The position numbers and the translations under genes were made by a program. Source: Vicugna vicugna (Eukaryota). From it: a DNA stretch of 64,000 nt. Shown here piece by piece: positions 11,950 to 24,049 of the stretch. Within the stretch, counting starts at the first letter, position 1; each line of letters begins with the position of its first letter. A model generated the notes under the pieces. That model was not told the origin of the DNA. It searched no databases and saw only the letters and a program-made list of their open reading frames with translations. Where the stretch lies: contig MU057487.1 of NCBI GenBank assembly GCA_013265495.1, positions 434,001-498,000 of the forward strand, read 5' to 3'.

Positions 11950-13437
11950 CCTCACCATTGCCAGTAAATGATGCATACTTACCCCTTCTGCCATTCTGTA
12001 GAACTCTGCCCACCTGTGTTCTAGATTCCATGTCCTTTGGTCTCCTCGGAACTCTATCTCTCTTCTGGTTGTTTCCTACTGGTTGTTCTCTACTGATTGG
12101 TTACTCTTAGTATATAAATATGCTTAGGTGTAAACCTTAAAAATAAAACAAAAATGAAACAGCAATAACAAAAGAAACAATCCTTTTCATTTCTTCAAAA
12201 CCACAGACTTTTTTGTGATTTTCTCTGATTCTGTTCTCTCCTCTTGCTATTCCCTCTATTATATTCCTTCTTGCTTTGGAAAATCCTTTTCAGTCTCCTT
12301 TGTCCCTCCCTTTGCTCCTGCTAGGTCCTTAAATGCTGCTGTTTGATATGGTTCCCTCCTCACAGAGCATTGCTTCTTCCTTTTCCACTCTCTCTGGGGG
12401 ATTTCACTCACTCTTAAGGTTTCACATTCCATCCACAATCTCTCCTGAATTCTGCATCCACACATTTATGTACTGACTGAGCATCTTCATTTGGACATCT
12501 GCTGGCCACACAAGCTGCTTATATGTGAGGCTGAACTCATCATCTTCTTCCTATGCCTCCCTGTATGTTCTGCCTCTTAATGCACTATCTTAAGGAACAG
12601 TACCCCATACTGCTGCCTTGTCACCCAACTCACACACCTGAAGTTTTAAACACACACACACACACACACACACACTCATCTGTATCTAAATTTGGTCACC
12701 ATGTTTTGCTATTTTCTCTCTTCAATGCTTTTTGGCTCTGTCCCCTCATCTCTATCTCCATAGCTCTAATCTTAATTCAAGCCTTCATCATTTCTCATTT
12801 GGATTACTACCATAACTCCTAACTGAATTTCTTGACCTCATCCTTGCAACTGTACCTCCCTCCACTTTGACTCTATTTCTACTTCTTCACATTGCTGTAT
12901 CAAAACATGCCATTTCCCTGATTTAAGAATTCGAAATGGCTTGTAGTCTTTGGGATGGCATCTGAACTCCTTGGCATCCTATCAATGCCTCCTTTTGATC
13001 TGACCCCAGATTACAGCTCTAAATATCATCATATAACTGCTTTATCCTCTGAGCCCCTGTCATTCTCCCTCTGTCACCTCCGTGCCTTTGCATACTCTAT
13101 CCCTGATATTTTGAAGGACTTCCAAGTCCCCTTTGGAGTAACTAGTCCTTTTAGGAAGCTTCACTGACTCATTGTCTCCCAAGCCTCTCCCCACATCTGG
13201 GTTAGCATGCCCACCCTCATGCCTTCATTCCCTTAGTGTCTCTTTTTATAGCACCTTGTACTTTCTGCTGTTCTAGAATTTACTTCAGTGTGTTGTGATG
13301 GTCTGTGTACTGGTATGATTCTCCCAATAGAATTGCAAGTTTTTTTGAGGGCAAGGACCAGGTCTTGTATTTGTTTGCCAAGCATTCAGTAGAGTGTCTG
13401 GCACAGACAGTGAAGGCTGTGCCGTAAATGAATGAAG
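11950..13437 (+). mobile_element. L2 LINE 3' region
   Basis: Pyrimidine-rich decayed L2 ending TTGAGGGCAAGGACC...GTGTCTGGCACAG...AATGAATGAA. Confidence 0.75.
12650..12675 (+). repeat. (CA)n microsatellite, about 13 units
   Basis: Directly visible. Confidence 0.95.
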
Positions 13438-14399
13438 TGGTTACAGAATTATTTTCTTTGGAAGGGTTCCTCCCTCTCTCGTCAGTCCTTTTATTGCTTT
13501 TATTTCCAACTTAAGCCAGAGTCTTTCTCTCTGAGTCCTTAAAGTAGTCAAAGTGGATTTGATTTGCTTCTAATAGCTCTTCAGCTTTGGAATCATATCA
13601 CTGTCCATTTAGGCTCCTCAACATGAGGCCAGAGTCAATGATTTTACCTAAGTTGGAGGGAGAAGGCATTGAATTCTCTCTTTTTATTTTCTTTTAAATT
13701 TATTGTTCCCTTAATTAATCTTTTGGTTTAGCATTTCCTCTCTTACTTTCCCCCATTTCTCTCCTTTTTCAGATACTTTATTCATTCCTTGATGCCTCTT
13801 TGGTTTGCTCATTTTCTTTTTCCTTTTTCTTATGCTGAAGCTAAAAGCAGTCTGTCACCTTTTGTTCTCTCCTGTCAGTCAATCTCTGGTCCATGACAAA
13901 TTAATGCAAGCTTTTGTATTGAGTATATAATGGTTTCTCTCTGCGTTTAAGAAGGAACATACAGCACACAAACAAAGCTGGGGAAGGACTATTTACCACA
14001 AGAGAACTTGGAAAATTGGAATAAACATATTGATCTACCACAATCTTTTGATTGTGCTAAAATGAGACCAAGTAACTAAACATTCAGAATACTTACTAGC
14101 CTCTTCACACATAAAATTGATTAACTCCAGCATAAACAAGATTTATTGCCCTCTGAGTCAATATCCAAATACTAGCATTTGCCTTATGAAAAGGGAAAAT
14201 CTATAGGATAATATGCCTTTAATGCAAATATTTACAGTAACAATTTGAAACAATTATCATTCACACCAATTACGTGACAGCAAACTGAAATAGAAAAAAT
14301 GAGACTATTATCTGAGGTTTTGAATTAGTGCTAACTACTTATAGAATAATAACAGAACATACATGGAGGAAATATGTTATCCTTGTTACAAAGGTGGGG

Positions 14400-14560
14400 C
14401 AGTGAGCTCATACAGAGCTGGGTTAGAATCCCAGCTCTGCAACTTACTTACCATTTGACCTTGGGCAAAACCTCTGTTTTTCATATGTCAGCTTGTCCAG
14501 GATTAAATACATCAAAACATTTAGTATACTTCCTCACATATAGGAAATACCCAAAATAGG
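14400..14560 (+). mobile_element. MIR SINE fragment
   Basis: CTGGGTTAGAATCCCAGCTCTGCAACTTACT...TGACCTTGGGCAA. Confidence 0.75.
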
Positions 14561-14687
14561 TAAGTAAATCATTAATCTAAAGAGTATCATTAATTGCTTT
14601 TTTATTCTCCTGTTCTCTTCATTCTTATCATTCGACTAACCTACCTGGTCTTAAAACTCTCACGATTCTTACCTCTTCCTAAATTAG

Positions 14688-14810
14688 TACTTTTCAAATT
14701 GTGTGCTGTGACCCATTAGCAGATCATGAAATCAGCTTAATGGATTGTGATCTGCATTAAAAAATGTTATTGGAAAAAAATGAGTGAATTGCATGTACTA
14801 CATGTCACTG
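14688..14810. mobile_element. hAT-Charlie-type MER fragment
   Basis: TTTCAAATTGTG..GTGACCCATTAG..ATCATGAAATCA; similar to element at ~37225-37460. Confidence 0.45.
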
Positions 14811-14872
14811 TATCTGGCTTAAGTGTCCTACTAAATTGTAAGCTGTTTGAGGGCAAGCATGTTATCATAAGC

Positions 14873-15090
14873 CAGTACAGCGTGGGAATTTACAACGTGG
14901 GCCTGCTGGTCTTGGTTCCAGTCCTGGCTCTGTCATCTAACAGCTGCATAGCTCTGGGGCAGTGTTACCTAACCACTTCGTGCCTCAGCTGTTACACCAC
15001 TGCTGTGAGAATTAAATGAGTTACTACATGCAAAGCTCTTAGAAGAATGTCTAAAGGTTGTACTGTTCAATAAATGTTAACTGTTACTAT
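14873..15090 (+). mobile_element. MIR SINE
   Basis: GGTTCCAGTCCTGGCTCTGTCA...TGCCTCAG...GTGAGAATTAAATGAG...TCAATAAATGTTA. Confidence 0.85.
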
Positions 15091-15857
15091 AAACATTGCT
15101 CTTCCCTCTACTTCCATCCCAGTAGCATGTTGTATGTGTTAACAATGCATATTTTAAAAAAATGACTTGAATATAAATGCAATATAGTATAAGTAGTAGG
15201 TGAAATGAGAGCTAGGAGTAAAAATGGGAAGAGGCAACTACTTTTTAGCACTCTTTCTCTGTACTTGGCCCACAAATTGGTAACTTCACAGATATTGGGA
15301 GGAAATTTCACCTCTCTCTCCACCTCCTCAGGCCTACCTTCTAGGAGAAAGGCTCTCTTGATTGGTGAGAGGAAGAGGATCTCCAGACATGCCTTCTTGA
15401 GCCCTGTTTTTTGCTCTTTCTTTTTACCCAAACTTCCTGTAGACCAAGATATTTCTTATTCTCTCCTTATAGTAAGCATACTGGGGCAGGCCTTGCCCCT
15501 GTATAGGGAGACACTCCTTCCAGGGGAAGTGGGAAAGCCTGTGTTTGTCTTGTACAGAAACCAAATTCTCTAATCCAAATTTAAAGCAATTAAGTTATTT
15601 TGATTCTTATCTAATTTCTTCCTTTATCACTTTGCTTATCCTCTGAAAAGTTCTAATAAAAGGGGAGATACATACTAAGATCAAGAAAGAGAGAGAAAAT
15701 AAATAGGAAGAAACAGAAAGGAAACTGGCCAGCTGTAAATGATATGATGGAGATTTGTTTTATAGGACAGGAAAGTCCATGAGATTGCAGTGCTGGTGAC
15801 TGATGAAGAAAAGAATAGATCCAAGGAGGTGTTGTGGGGGCTATAGATAGTTACAAA

Positions 15858-15985
15858 TAGGGACCATATGGCCTGCTGTTTCTGCGACAGTCCAGGCTTG
15901 TGCTTGCAGTCCTAGCATTTTGCCAGTTTAGCATTCCATGTCAAAGGTATCCCTGGTTAGATTATTAGTTGTATAATTACTATGC
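15858..15985. mobile_element. MER94-like hAT-Blackjack fossil
   Basis: AGGGACCATATG..CCTG...GACAGTCC pattern. Confidence 0.4.
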
Positions 15986-16169
15986 ATATTACAGAAAGGA
16001 CTCTTCTTCGTCCACAATAATGGGTAAAATAGGTGAACAGTTTCATGAGAAATGTGATTTTTAAGTGATGATTAGCTACATGTTTCTAGTTTTAAGTTAA
16101 AATTGTGTATCATGAGTCTTCTTTGGGGAGACATGGTCATTAACACAAGGATGGCCAAAAAGACTATTT

Positions 16170-16341
16170 TAGTGTTTCTCAAAGTATAGTTCCTGAAACA
16201 GCAGCATCATTGTTAGAAATGAAAATTCTCAAGAGTCACTCTGAATTACTGAATCAGAAACTCTGAGAGTAGGGCCAGCAATCTATGGTTTAATAAGCCC
16301 TCCAGGTGAATTTGATACACACTAACATTTGAGAATCACTG
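16170..16341. mobile_element. MER5A DNA transposon fossil
   Basis: Terminal inverted repeats AGTGTTTCTCAAA ... TTTGAGAATCACT; internal ACTGAATCAGAAACTCTG, AAGCCCTCCAGGTGA. Confidence 0.9.
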
Positions 16342-16977
16342 GCCTCTTCTATATGTAAAAACTGTGAAAGGAGGAATATTATTGTACTATGACCTGTCAA
16401 TCATTCAATCAGGTATTTTTTAAAGAATTTATGAAAACTGTGTTGGGTGCTTTATCCTATGAAGGGCATAACAGCACAAATATAGTAAAAAAGAAAAGCA
16501 GTCTCTACTCTTTAGAAGGTTACAATCTAGTTTGGGAAGATTGAACCTATGCCCATAAGAAGTTGCCTAATAATAGAAAATGGTAAATAACTAAGCAGGC
16601 TGAAATTTCCATTGGAATTCAGAAGAGAATTCCTAACATGAGAGCATAGTCAGGAAATACTTTGTGGAGATCTTAGAACTGAAAGAAAACAGATGATATA
16701 TGGCAGGAACTGGGAGATTAACTGGGGAAGTACAGCTGATTCATATAAAACAGTGTTCACATCAATAGGGCATTAGGTCATTTCACTGACAGTATTGAAA
16801 AAAGATTCAGAGGTAAAATATGTTTTGGAAATTTGGGATTAAGCAAAGTTAAACAAGTGGTTTTTTTTTTTAACTGTATATACTTCTCAGAATATTTAAA
16901 ATTCTTAAGCACAATGTGGTGCTCCAAAAAATACTAGTTTAGTTGTAGTCCTCAGCAAAGCAGGTGCCAAAATGGGA

Positions 16978-17292
16978 TTAGATCCCTGAAAACTTTCTGA
17001 AGTGGAAAGTCTTTGAATCATTGTAGTGCATGTAGCTTACTAAGGCATCTGACATGCCAGCCACCTCTTGCTTATCCTGTTGCATTAGAATTATGTCATT
17101 GATGTAACAGATCAAAGTCATGTTCTGTAGGATGTCCAGACACTCCGGATCTCTTTGGACTTTATTATAATAAAAGGTGGGAGAAATAACAGCCCTGAGA
17201 CAAACTATAAATGAATATTGCTCATTCCATGCTAGTGGGAACTGTTTGAGATCACCTTTTCTATTTGTAATAAAAAAGATCACATTTGCCAA
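16978..17292 (-). pseudogene. ERVL reverse transcriptase remnant
   Basis: ANVIFFI..KQFPLAW..QYSF..SPTFYYNKVQRD..LDILQNMTLICYINDIIL; the YIDD catalytic motif has decayed to YIND. Confidence 0.9.
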
Positions 17293-17810
17293 AACATGGC
17301 AGCATACTACTTTTAAAGCTTTCCCGATCTGCCTAGCGATGCCACGCCCTGCACAGCAGTGGAGATGAGGGATACTATTTGATAGCCTAAAGTTACTCTT
17401 AAGGATCCATCTGGTTTCTGCAAATGCCAGTCCAGGGCATTAAACAGAAATGATAACAGCACCACTCCTGAATCTTTTAAACTTTACTAGTGGAAATAAC
17501 CTCAAACTATCTACCACTCCCAGGATAAAGTATGTATTTTCTTTACTATTTTGGCTGGAATTGGGGGTGGGGAGGTAGTTTCAGAAGTTTCTACTTATTC
17601 TTTCCTGAGACCAATAAACTGATGTGGTGGTAACTCTAACTCCACGCATACTTGGACTGGAGAAATTACTATTGCCCAGGTCCATGGACTTAGTAGATCC
17701 ACTGTGAACTGGACTTAAGCTGGGACTTCATTTATTATCTGGCTATCATAAGCCCCCATTCCAACAGAGAAGCCACAGTGAAAATTAAGTTAAATTGAAT
17801 TTCCAGGTAT

Positions 17811-18065
17811 TTATGTCAATTCAGACTCTATGTCCAATAGTTCTAAAAATGTATCAGTATTCCCTTTCCTTAATGTACAGTTACATGAATATATGGCTAA
17901 AGATCCCATTAGAGAAGAATTAGGGAAACGTAGGGTTCTTCCTTCTAAAGCACCAGCCAATTGTTCAAAAGTTTCCAGATCTGAAAATTGGCCCAGGCCT
18001 GTAAACTGAACAAGGAATTGTGGCTTTGTATTGAGATTGTTCCCTTCAGCATTCTGCTCTTCCAT
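17811..18065 (-). pseudogene. ERVL gag-end / aspartic protease remnant
   Basis: KGNTDTFLELLDIESELT resembles ERVL KGNxQTFRGLLDTGSELT; DTG active site lost. Confidence 0.8.
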
Positions 18066-19060
18066 TCTTGCTTTTCTTTTTTCTGGTTGTAGATATTAAG
18101 ATGCATCCTTGTTAGTTTCTAGTATGTTTTATCTAGAAATGCTATACTCTAAAACCATCTCCACAACTCCTTCTAATTTAAGCTCCTTGGCTAGTCCTCC
18201 AACCATTTTGATTATTAACGGTAATTTCAGTCTCCTGGCTTCTGTTTGTCCTGTCCCATGGTGCCGATGGTGCTTCTGTAAGCACCATCCCGTGGCCTCT
18301 AATATTCACAGCCCCATCATCCTTACTGATAATAACAACCCTTCTCTGACTGTCTCTCCTATACTTAAACTTAGTCAGCAAAGGAGATATACCACTGAAT
18401 AATTATGTGATGCTGGTGTCCCTCTTACTAGTGTATTGCTAGTAGTGGTGATGTGTCCACTGGGCTTCCTATGGAACAAAATTCTTTGCAGGATTGTCTG
18501 AATGCATGTAATATGCCCATGACAGAAAGCTCACTTTCCTCAGCCTCTTTATTCCTTCCTCTACCGTCTGCCAGGACACCTCAGCCATACCCATTTCACT
18601 CATCACTGACTATTGCTTTCTCCAAGCTTCTAAGAACCACTGTAAAGCAAAGCACATTTTCCCCTGTCCCCTGGTATCCTTGCCAGCATGTTAAATCCCA
18701 TGTCCTAAGCCAGTGAATTCTTGATTATCCATTCTTGTACCATGACCTCTCTATTAAGCCCTCTCAAAATTCAACCCAACGGGTAATTCCCTGGCTCCTT
18801 GCAGTAGCTGCTAGCTAAGTATCACAGCTCCTTCAGTATATAATCTCTTTTCTTCCTTATCAAATTCAACACTGTCCCCAGCAGAGTTATGCTGGAATTT
18901 CTGCAGCATTTTTAAGCACAAAAGAAGTGCTAGCACTTTCTATGGAAGAGTGGGGTACCTCAGAAAGCTTTGAGGGTTCAGGGCATATGCAGAGCCATCC
19001 CCCTTAGAGGCATCCATCCAGATGTCTTCATCCATGTTTCAGGGTCCCAGATTTTGCCAT

Positions 19061-19288
19061 CTAGGACTTTAACCTCAATATATCAGACCTGCCTTGGCTG
19101 AACACTGAAACACTTCTGGAGCTCTGTGAGGCTAACAGGTCTGCAGCCTGCTGCTCATCTATCTGTGTGTGCCTTCCACTGCAGGAGGTAAGAGCCTCTT
19201 GGCAAGCTACCAACAAGGCTCTCTTGCTCTCATACTTTAGTCTTAAACTGCTTGTTATGACCTCCAGGTTCTCCTTGTCCTTCTGCAT
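19061..19288 (-). pseudogene. ERVL gag N-terminal coiled-coil remnant
   Basis: KDKENLEVITSSLRLKYESKRALLVACQEALTSCS resembles ERVL gag. Confidence 0.75.
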
Positions 19289-20169
19289 GGCATCAATCCA
19301 ACTTAGCAGTACCCAGACAAATCCCTGTCCTAGACATTGTTCCCATCATCTCTTTCAAATGCCTGAATGCCTATCCTGGGAGCATTCCTCTGTGTCACCA
19401 CTAATGAAGTCTTTAGCCATTGGACCATCACCCCTAGTAGGAACTCTCCATGGCCCTCACAACAAGGTGCATGAGTGAGTGGGTGTCCAAACTCTTTCTT
19501 TCCATTTGTCTTCTCATTTCACTCCTGTCCCCAGTTGTGATGGTTCATATCCTCTAAGAAGTAAATGCCACAATGAGAATAGATGTGCAGCAGATTATTT
19601 TGGGGTGGGTAGGGGGAATGAAAGCCTATAAGGGACAAAGGGGCAGGAGGACAGAATGTAGAAAGAACTTTTAGACACAAGGCAGTCTGAATCTATAAAA
19701 CAGAGGAGCCAGGGAGAAGTGAGTAGAAAGAGTCTCGGATTACAATGAAGTCAGGTTTACGAGGAATTTCAGGTCAAAACTGTCAATCAGAAGTGTCCTG
19801 TGTCTTGCATTAGTACTTTTGCTGGCTCATTTACTGGCCATGAGTGGCCTGTGGGGAGCATCACCTCAGTATAAACATGGTGATGGATTTATGCCTCCAC
19901 AACAAGAGATATGTGGTGCATTTCATGGCTGCCAAGGGTCCTGTGTTTCCAGGCTTATTTGATCATGGTCTTTCCTTGTAAACAAATCTTCAGGAGATTT
20001 TTTGTGGAATATATTTCAGAAAACTCTGGGTTTTATATTTGTGTAAAGATTTGAATTACTGGTATAAATCACTTTAGGAATGCACAAGACACTTCTTTAA
20101 TGTCTCTGATTTTCATTGCCTTTTTTATTTTGATCAACAGAATGCTCTGCATTATTATATTTTTCTACA

Positions 20170-20395
20170 AACATCTATATAGCAGATTGCCAAGTGCCAG
20201 ACACTGTTCAAGGCTTGTATAAGTATTAACTTTTAATGACACATTTAAGATGGAAACTATTATCATCCTCATTTTACAAATGAGTCTCTGAGATGTTACA
20301 TGATTTGCCTAAGATCATATAACTAGTAAGTGACTGTGTCCGAAATTGAACCTACAGAGTCTGATTCTGGAGTGTGAGCTTTTAACCACTGGGCA
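20170..20395 (-). mobile_element. MIR SINE
   Basis: ATTATCATCCTCATTTTACAAATGAG..CTGAG...TTGCCTAAGATCA...CTTTTAACCACT. Confidence 0.85.
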
Positions 20396-20759
20396 ATGCT
20401 GACATGTAGGTAGGTATTCCTGTGTGTCTGAAGCCCTACAAAAGAGCCTTCGGAAGCTAATGCTAAACTGCACCTAGCAGGCCATTGTTGATGAAGGACT
20501 CTCAGTGCCTGGATGACCCAAATAAGCAGGATTCTAATAGCCAGAGGGAGCATTCTCCAGTGAACATGCACACAAATACGCACACTCTGAGTACATATTA
20601 TTTGTACCATGGATCAATATATATAACAAACCCATACATACATGCCACATACACACCAACTGTATTATGTATCAATGCCATGCCTTGTAATATATGTTCA
20701 TTATAAGTATACACAGAACTTTTCCAGTATCCTCATGAATGTAGTAGTAGCTGGTGAGT

Positions 20760-20970
20760 GTGGAACCCTTGGGGCTTGATGCCATACAGAATTTCACCCT
20801 TTTTAGCAGTGGGATCTTGAGCAAGTTCCCTTCCTTCTTTGAACTTCAGTTGTCTCATCAGCATAAATAGCTATCATAAGGCCTATCTCAGGATTTCTCT
20901 GAAGATCAGGAGAAGGGAAACTACTTAGCACAGTCCCCGCATTCAGGAGTGCAGTGAAAGTTTAGTTAAA
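20760..20970 (+). mobile_element. MIR SINE
   Basis: GATCTTGAGCAAGTT..CTTTGAACTTCAGTT.TCTCATC...ACTTAGCACAGT. Confidence 0.65.
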
Positions 20971-21349
20971 TTGAATTAAATATTATCTATAATTTTTAAT
21001 ACAGATAAATTTCTAGTGATTATTAATGAAATGAGCATGGATCATATTAACCTCAGCTGGTTTCAAAGTATACATCTTACTGGTTCTACTTTGATGTCTA
21101 GTCTTCTTGTTTTTCTTTAGGCTTTAGGCTTCAGGGGGCTGGAATTATCTTCCTAGCTCTCTCACTGTTTAGCTGTGCAATTCCAGACAAGTGACTTTCC
21201 CCTGTGGACACCAATGTCCTCTGTTGTTTCTGGGATGAGATTTAAACATTCAGGACCATGGACAGGTGCTGGGTTGGCAGCATGAGAAACAAGAGAGAAC
21301 TTAAGAAAATGCAGTCATAGGCTTTCCCTTAGGGATTCTTTTGAGTAGC

Positions 21350-21748
21350 ATTTTGTTCATTAGGGTAACAGTAGCTACCATAAAAAATAAATTCCTGAAT
21401 TTTAGTGGTTTAACACAGATAAGTTTATTTCCTGGTCATCTAAGTGTTCAATGTGTTTCTGTAATTGTATTTATTCTCCACAGGAGTTTTATCTTTCGTC
21501 TTCTTGCTCTGTCATCTACCAGGACATTGGAATGCTCTAGTCCCAAACAGAGAAAATGTGTGTAGGGGTGTGTGCAGAATGGCACTCATCTCTTTCTCTT
21601 AGATCTCATTGACTAGAACTCAGTCAAATGGCACACCTAGATTCAAAGGGCTGTAAGAAATGTAGCCCCTGATTACAAGGCCACATCTCTTACACTGGGA
21701 TGAAGAGGGCTCATTTCTCCTATGGACAGCCAGCTCTTTCTACTATAG
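21350..21748 (-). mobile_element. MLT1 (J/K-like) solo LTR
   Basis: TTTAGTGGTTTAACACA..AAGTTTATTTC...CATTGACTAGAACTCAGTCA.ATGG..CACCTA. Confidence 0.7.
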
Positions 21749-24049
21749 TCAAGTTTGTGAAACAGTAGACTCAATAGCACCCAAACCCCCTTCTGATACA
21801 GTCAGTTGAGCATATGTCTGAAGCACAGTATGTACAGAAGAGTCTTAGTTAACTTAGTTAACTTCTTAAGACTTTTTGAAACTCTGAAACTTAGAGTATA
21901 TATTCTAAATGTTATTCTACAGGAAAGGAAAAATCAGAAAAGATCATGCAAAACTTCATCTCTCACCTAAATTTCTCAAAATGTAGATGCTGGAGCATTA
22001 ATTACTGTCACTCTTTGTTAATTCCCTTATCTTTTGAGTGTGTGGATGGCAAAAAATCTTTCAAATCAAAAGGAAGCATATTCTTTTAATCACTATTTAT
22101 AACAAACTTCTCATCAGAATGAACTCTCCTGTTCTTCAACACATGTAGACTATGTGTTATTTTTGAATACAGTGTTCTTATTGAGTGTTAATTACATGCA
22201 CCTACAGCTTTCAAAGAAGTGATAACTAGATACTGTCAAACTGATAACAGCCAGTCTTCTCTCTACCATTATGCATGTGCTAATTTATAAGGTGCATTAG
22301 CAGGAACTTCACAAAACTTTTATTTTTGGGCTACATGGTGATGTGGGTGAAGAAAGGAAAATGCAGATATACTGCTTCCACTTAAAATGTTATAATAAGG
22401 CAATGAGCAGGAGTTCTGTAGCAGTGACATTTTTATTGTTAAAAGCTTTTACCAATTTACCCTAATTTCTCAAGCTTTCAGAGTTAGCACAAGAAGGACT
22501 TGTAAACCCAGAAAAATCTCTATCTGAATATATTTTCCTTTAATTTTCTTAACACACACATTCTCCTTTGGAAAGATTCTACGTAACTATAGTTAAAATC
22601 ATTTGCAAAGCACTCAGTCTACCATTTACATCTGTGTAACTTCCTAGGGCCCCATGAGATGGGTGTGGTCGGTGTAGCCTAGGGCATCATATTTACAGGT
22701 AGGTCTCATATTGGAGTATGTAGTGTTCCTGTTGAGAACATCATCTTTGTAATAAATTTCATTAATTTTGTGGTAATTCAGAAACAATTAATTGTTTTAA
22801 TTGTCTTAATTTTTTAATTGTCATGAAAGAAGAGTTTACTACATAAATTAATAACACAAAAGTTATAAAAGAAACCCTTGGTTATGAATCATTTAAAAAA
22901 TCAGACTTTAAAGCAATTTAGGAACCCTAGTCACATGTGCTTTGGAAATGCTCACCGTTATAAACGTTCAGCAGGGGGACTTTTTGTGTTCAGAGTTCTG
23001 GAATAAGTATAGGGAACAGAGCCAACGTCTAAGGCAACAGCCTTGTTTTAGCCAATCGACAGCCTGCCTTGAAGTTTCTGTAACATCTTAAGACATATTC
23101 TTGTATCCTCTGAGGACAGAGGCTCTGCATAGGATTCTTGCATCCCAACTCTTAACATAGAGGTTAAGGGTGGCCCTTTACACAGTGTTGTGTAATATTT
23201 CACTAATTGAATGAATAAACACATGAAAAATGCATACATTTAAAAATATCTAGTGATTCCATAATTTTCAACAGTTAAACCATTTCTCATTAGTGAAGTT
23301 TTAAGTAATGTGAAAAAGTGGCTCTGGGATGCTATGGGATTCAATTTAAGATGCATTTGAAAGTACTAAATATTTATAATATACAAATGTTTTGTTAAAA
23401 AATGACAAGGAAGTCATTGAGCTATGGTTCCTTTTCCTATAAACTGATTCTTCTTTTTTCTTTTAAGCTACTGTTTTAAATTCTTTCATGTCATAGAACA
23501 TTTATTTTAAAAAGTAATGTTCATTTTATGGGAAACCTTACAGTGTTCTGACTTTTTCTTTTCTCCTTTTTGACGATTTATTTAACCCAGCATGTATATT
23601 TCAGCTGAGTGAAAATCTAAGAAGCAAATTCTTAACGGCTAGCTGATCTGACAGCTGATTCAAAAGATTAAAGCAACAGAAATAGCATGGTGATAGTTGT
23701 AGAGTTGATGAATTCTTATGTAGAAATTTTTTAAAACTTTATTTTCTAGTTAAATAAGTTGGAACCTGTATTGTTACCATCATAATGCAATACACCCTTC
23801 TCCCTGAGGAGTTTAATGTAGAAAGACGAAATAACTATATTTAGAAATGGCATATTGAAATTAAATTTCTTTATTTTTCCCCTTTATAAGTTAGACCTGG
23901 CCCTTTGTCTACTTTGAATCCTTTTCTGGGACACATAGGTTTTCTAATGGGAAGATGAGGGCGCTATACAATCTTTGAATTGTAACCAAACTGAGTCAGC
24001 CTTTTCCCAATCAACATCTATCTACTTATGTGGTTCTCCTCCCTCACAC

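Larger units (their letters stand above)
16944..19935 (-). mobile_element. Degenerate ERVL provirus (HERV16/LTR16-like): 5' LTR ~19536-19935, decayed PBS, gag-pro-RT remnants, ~40 bp of 3' LTR at 16944-16983
   Basis: Minus-strand translations match ERVL gag, protease and RT; LTR16-like terminal sequence; ACTGGGGACAGGAGTGA directly after the LTR resembles the ERVL primer-binding site. Confidence 0.9.

Noticed and set aside
15108..15573. Overlapping 107-aa and 122-aa ORFs on opposite strands
   Set aside because: No recognisable domain and no convincing flanking splice signals; compatible with chance.
16978..19288. Domesticated ERVL gag/pol gene or a novel RT system
   Set aside because: ORFs are fragmented by stops and frameshifts; RT YIDD has become YIND and protease DTG has become DIE.
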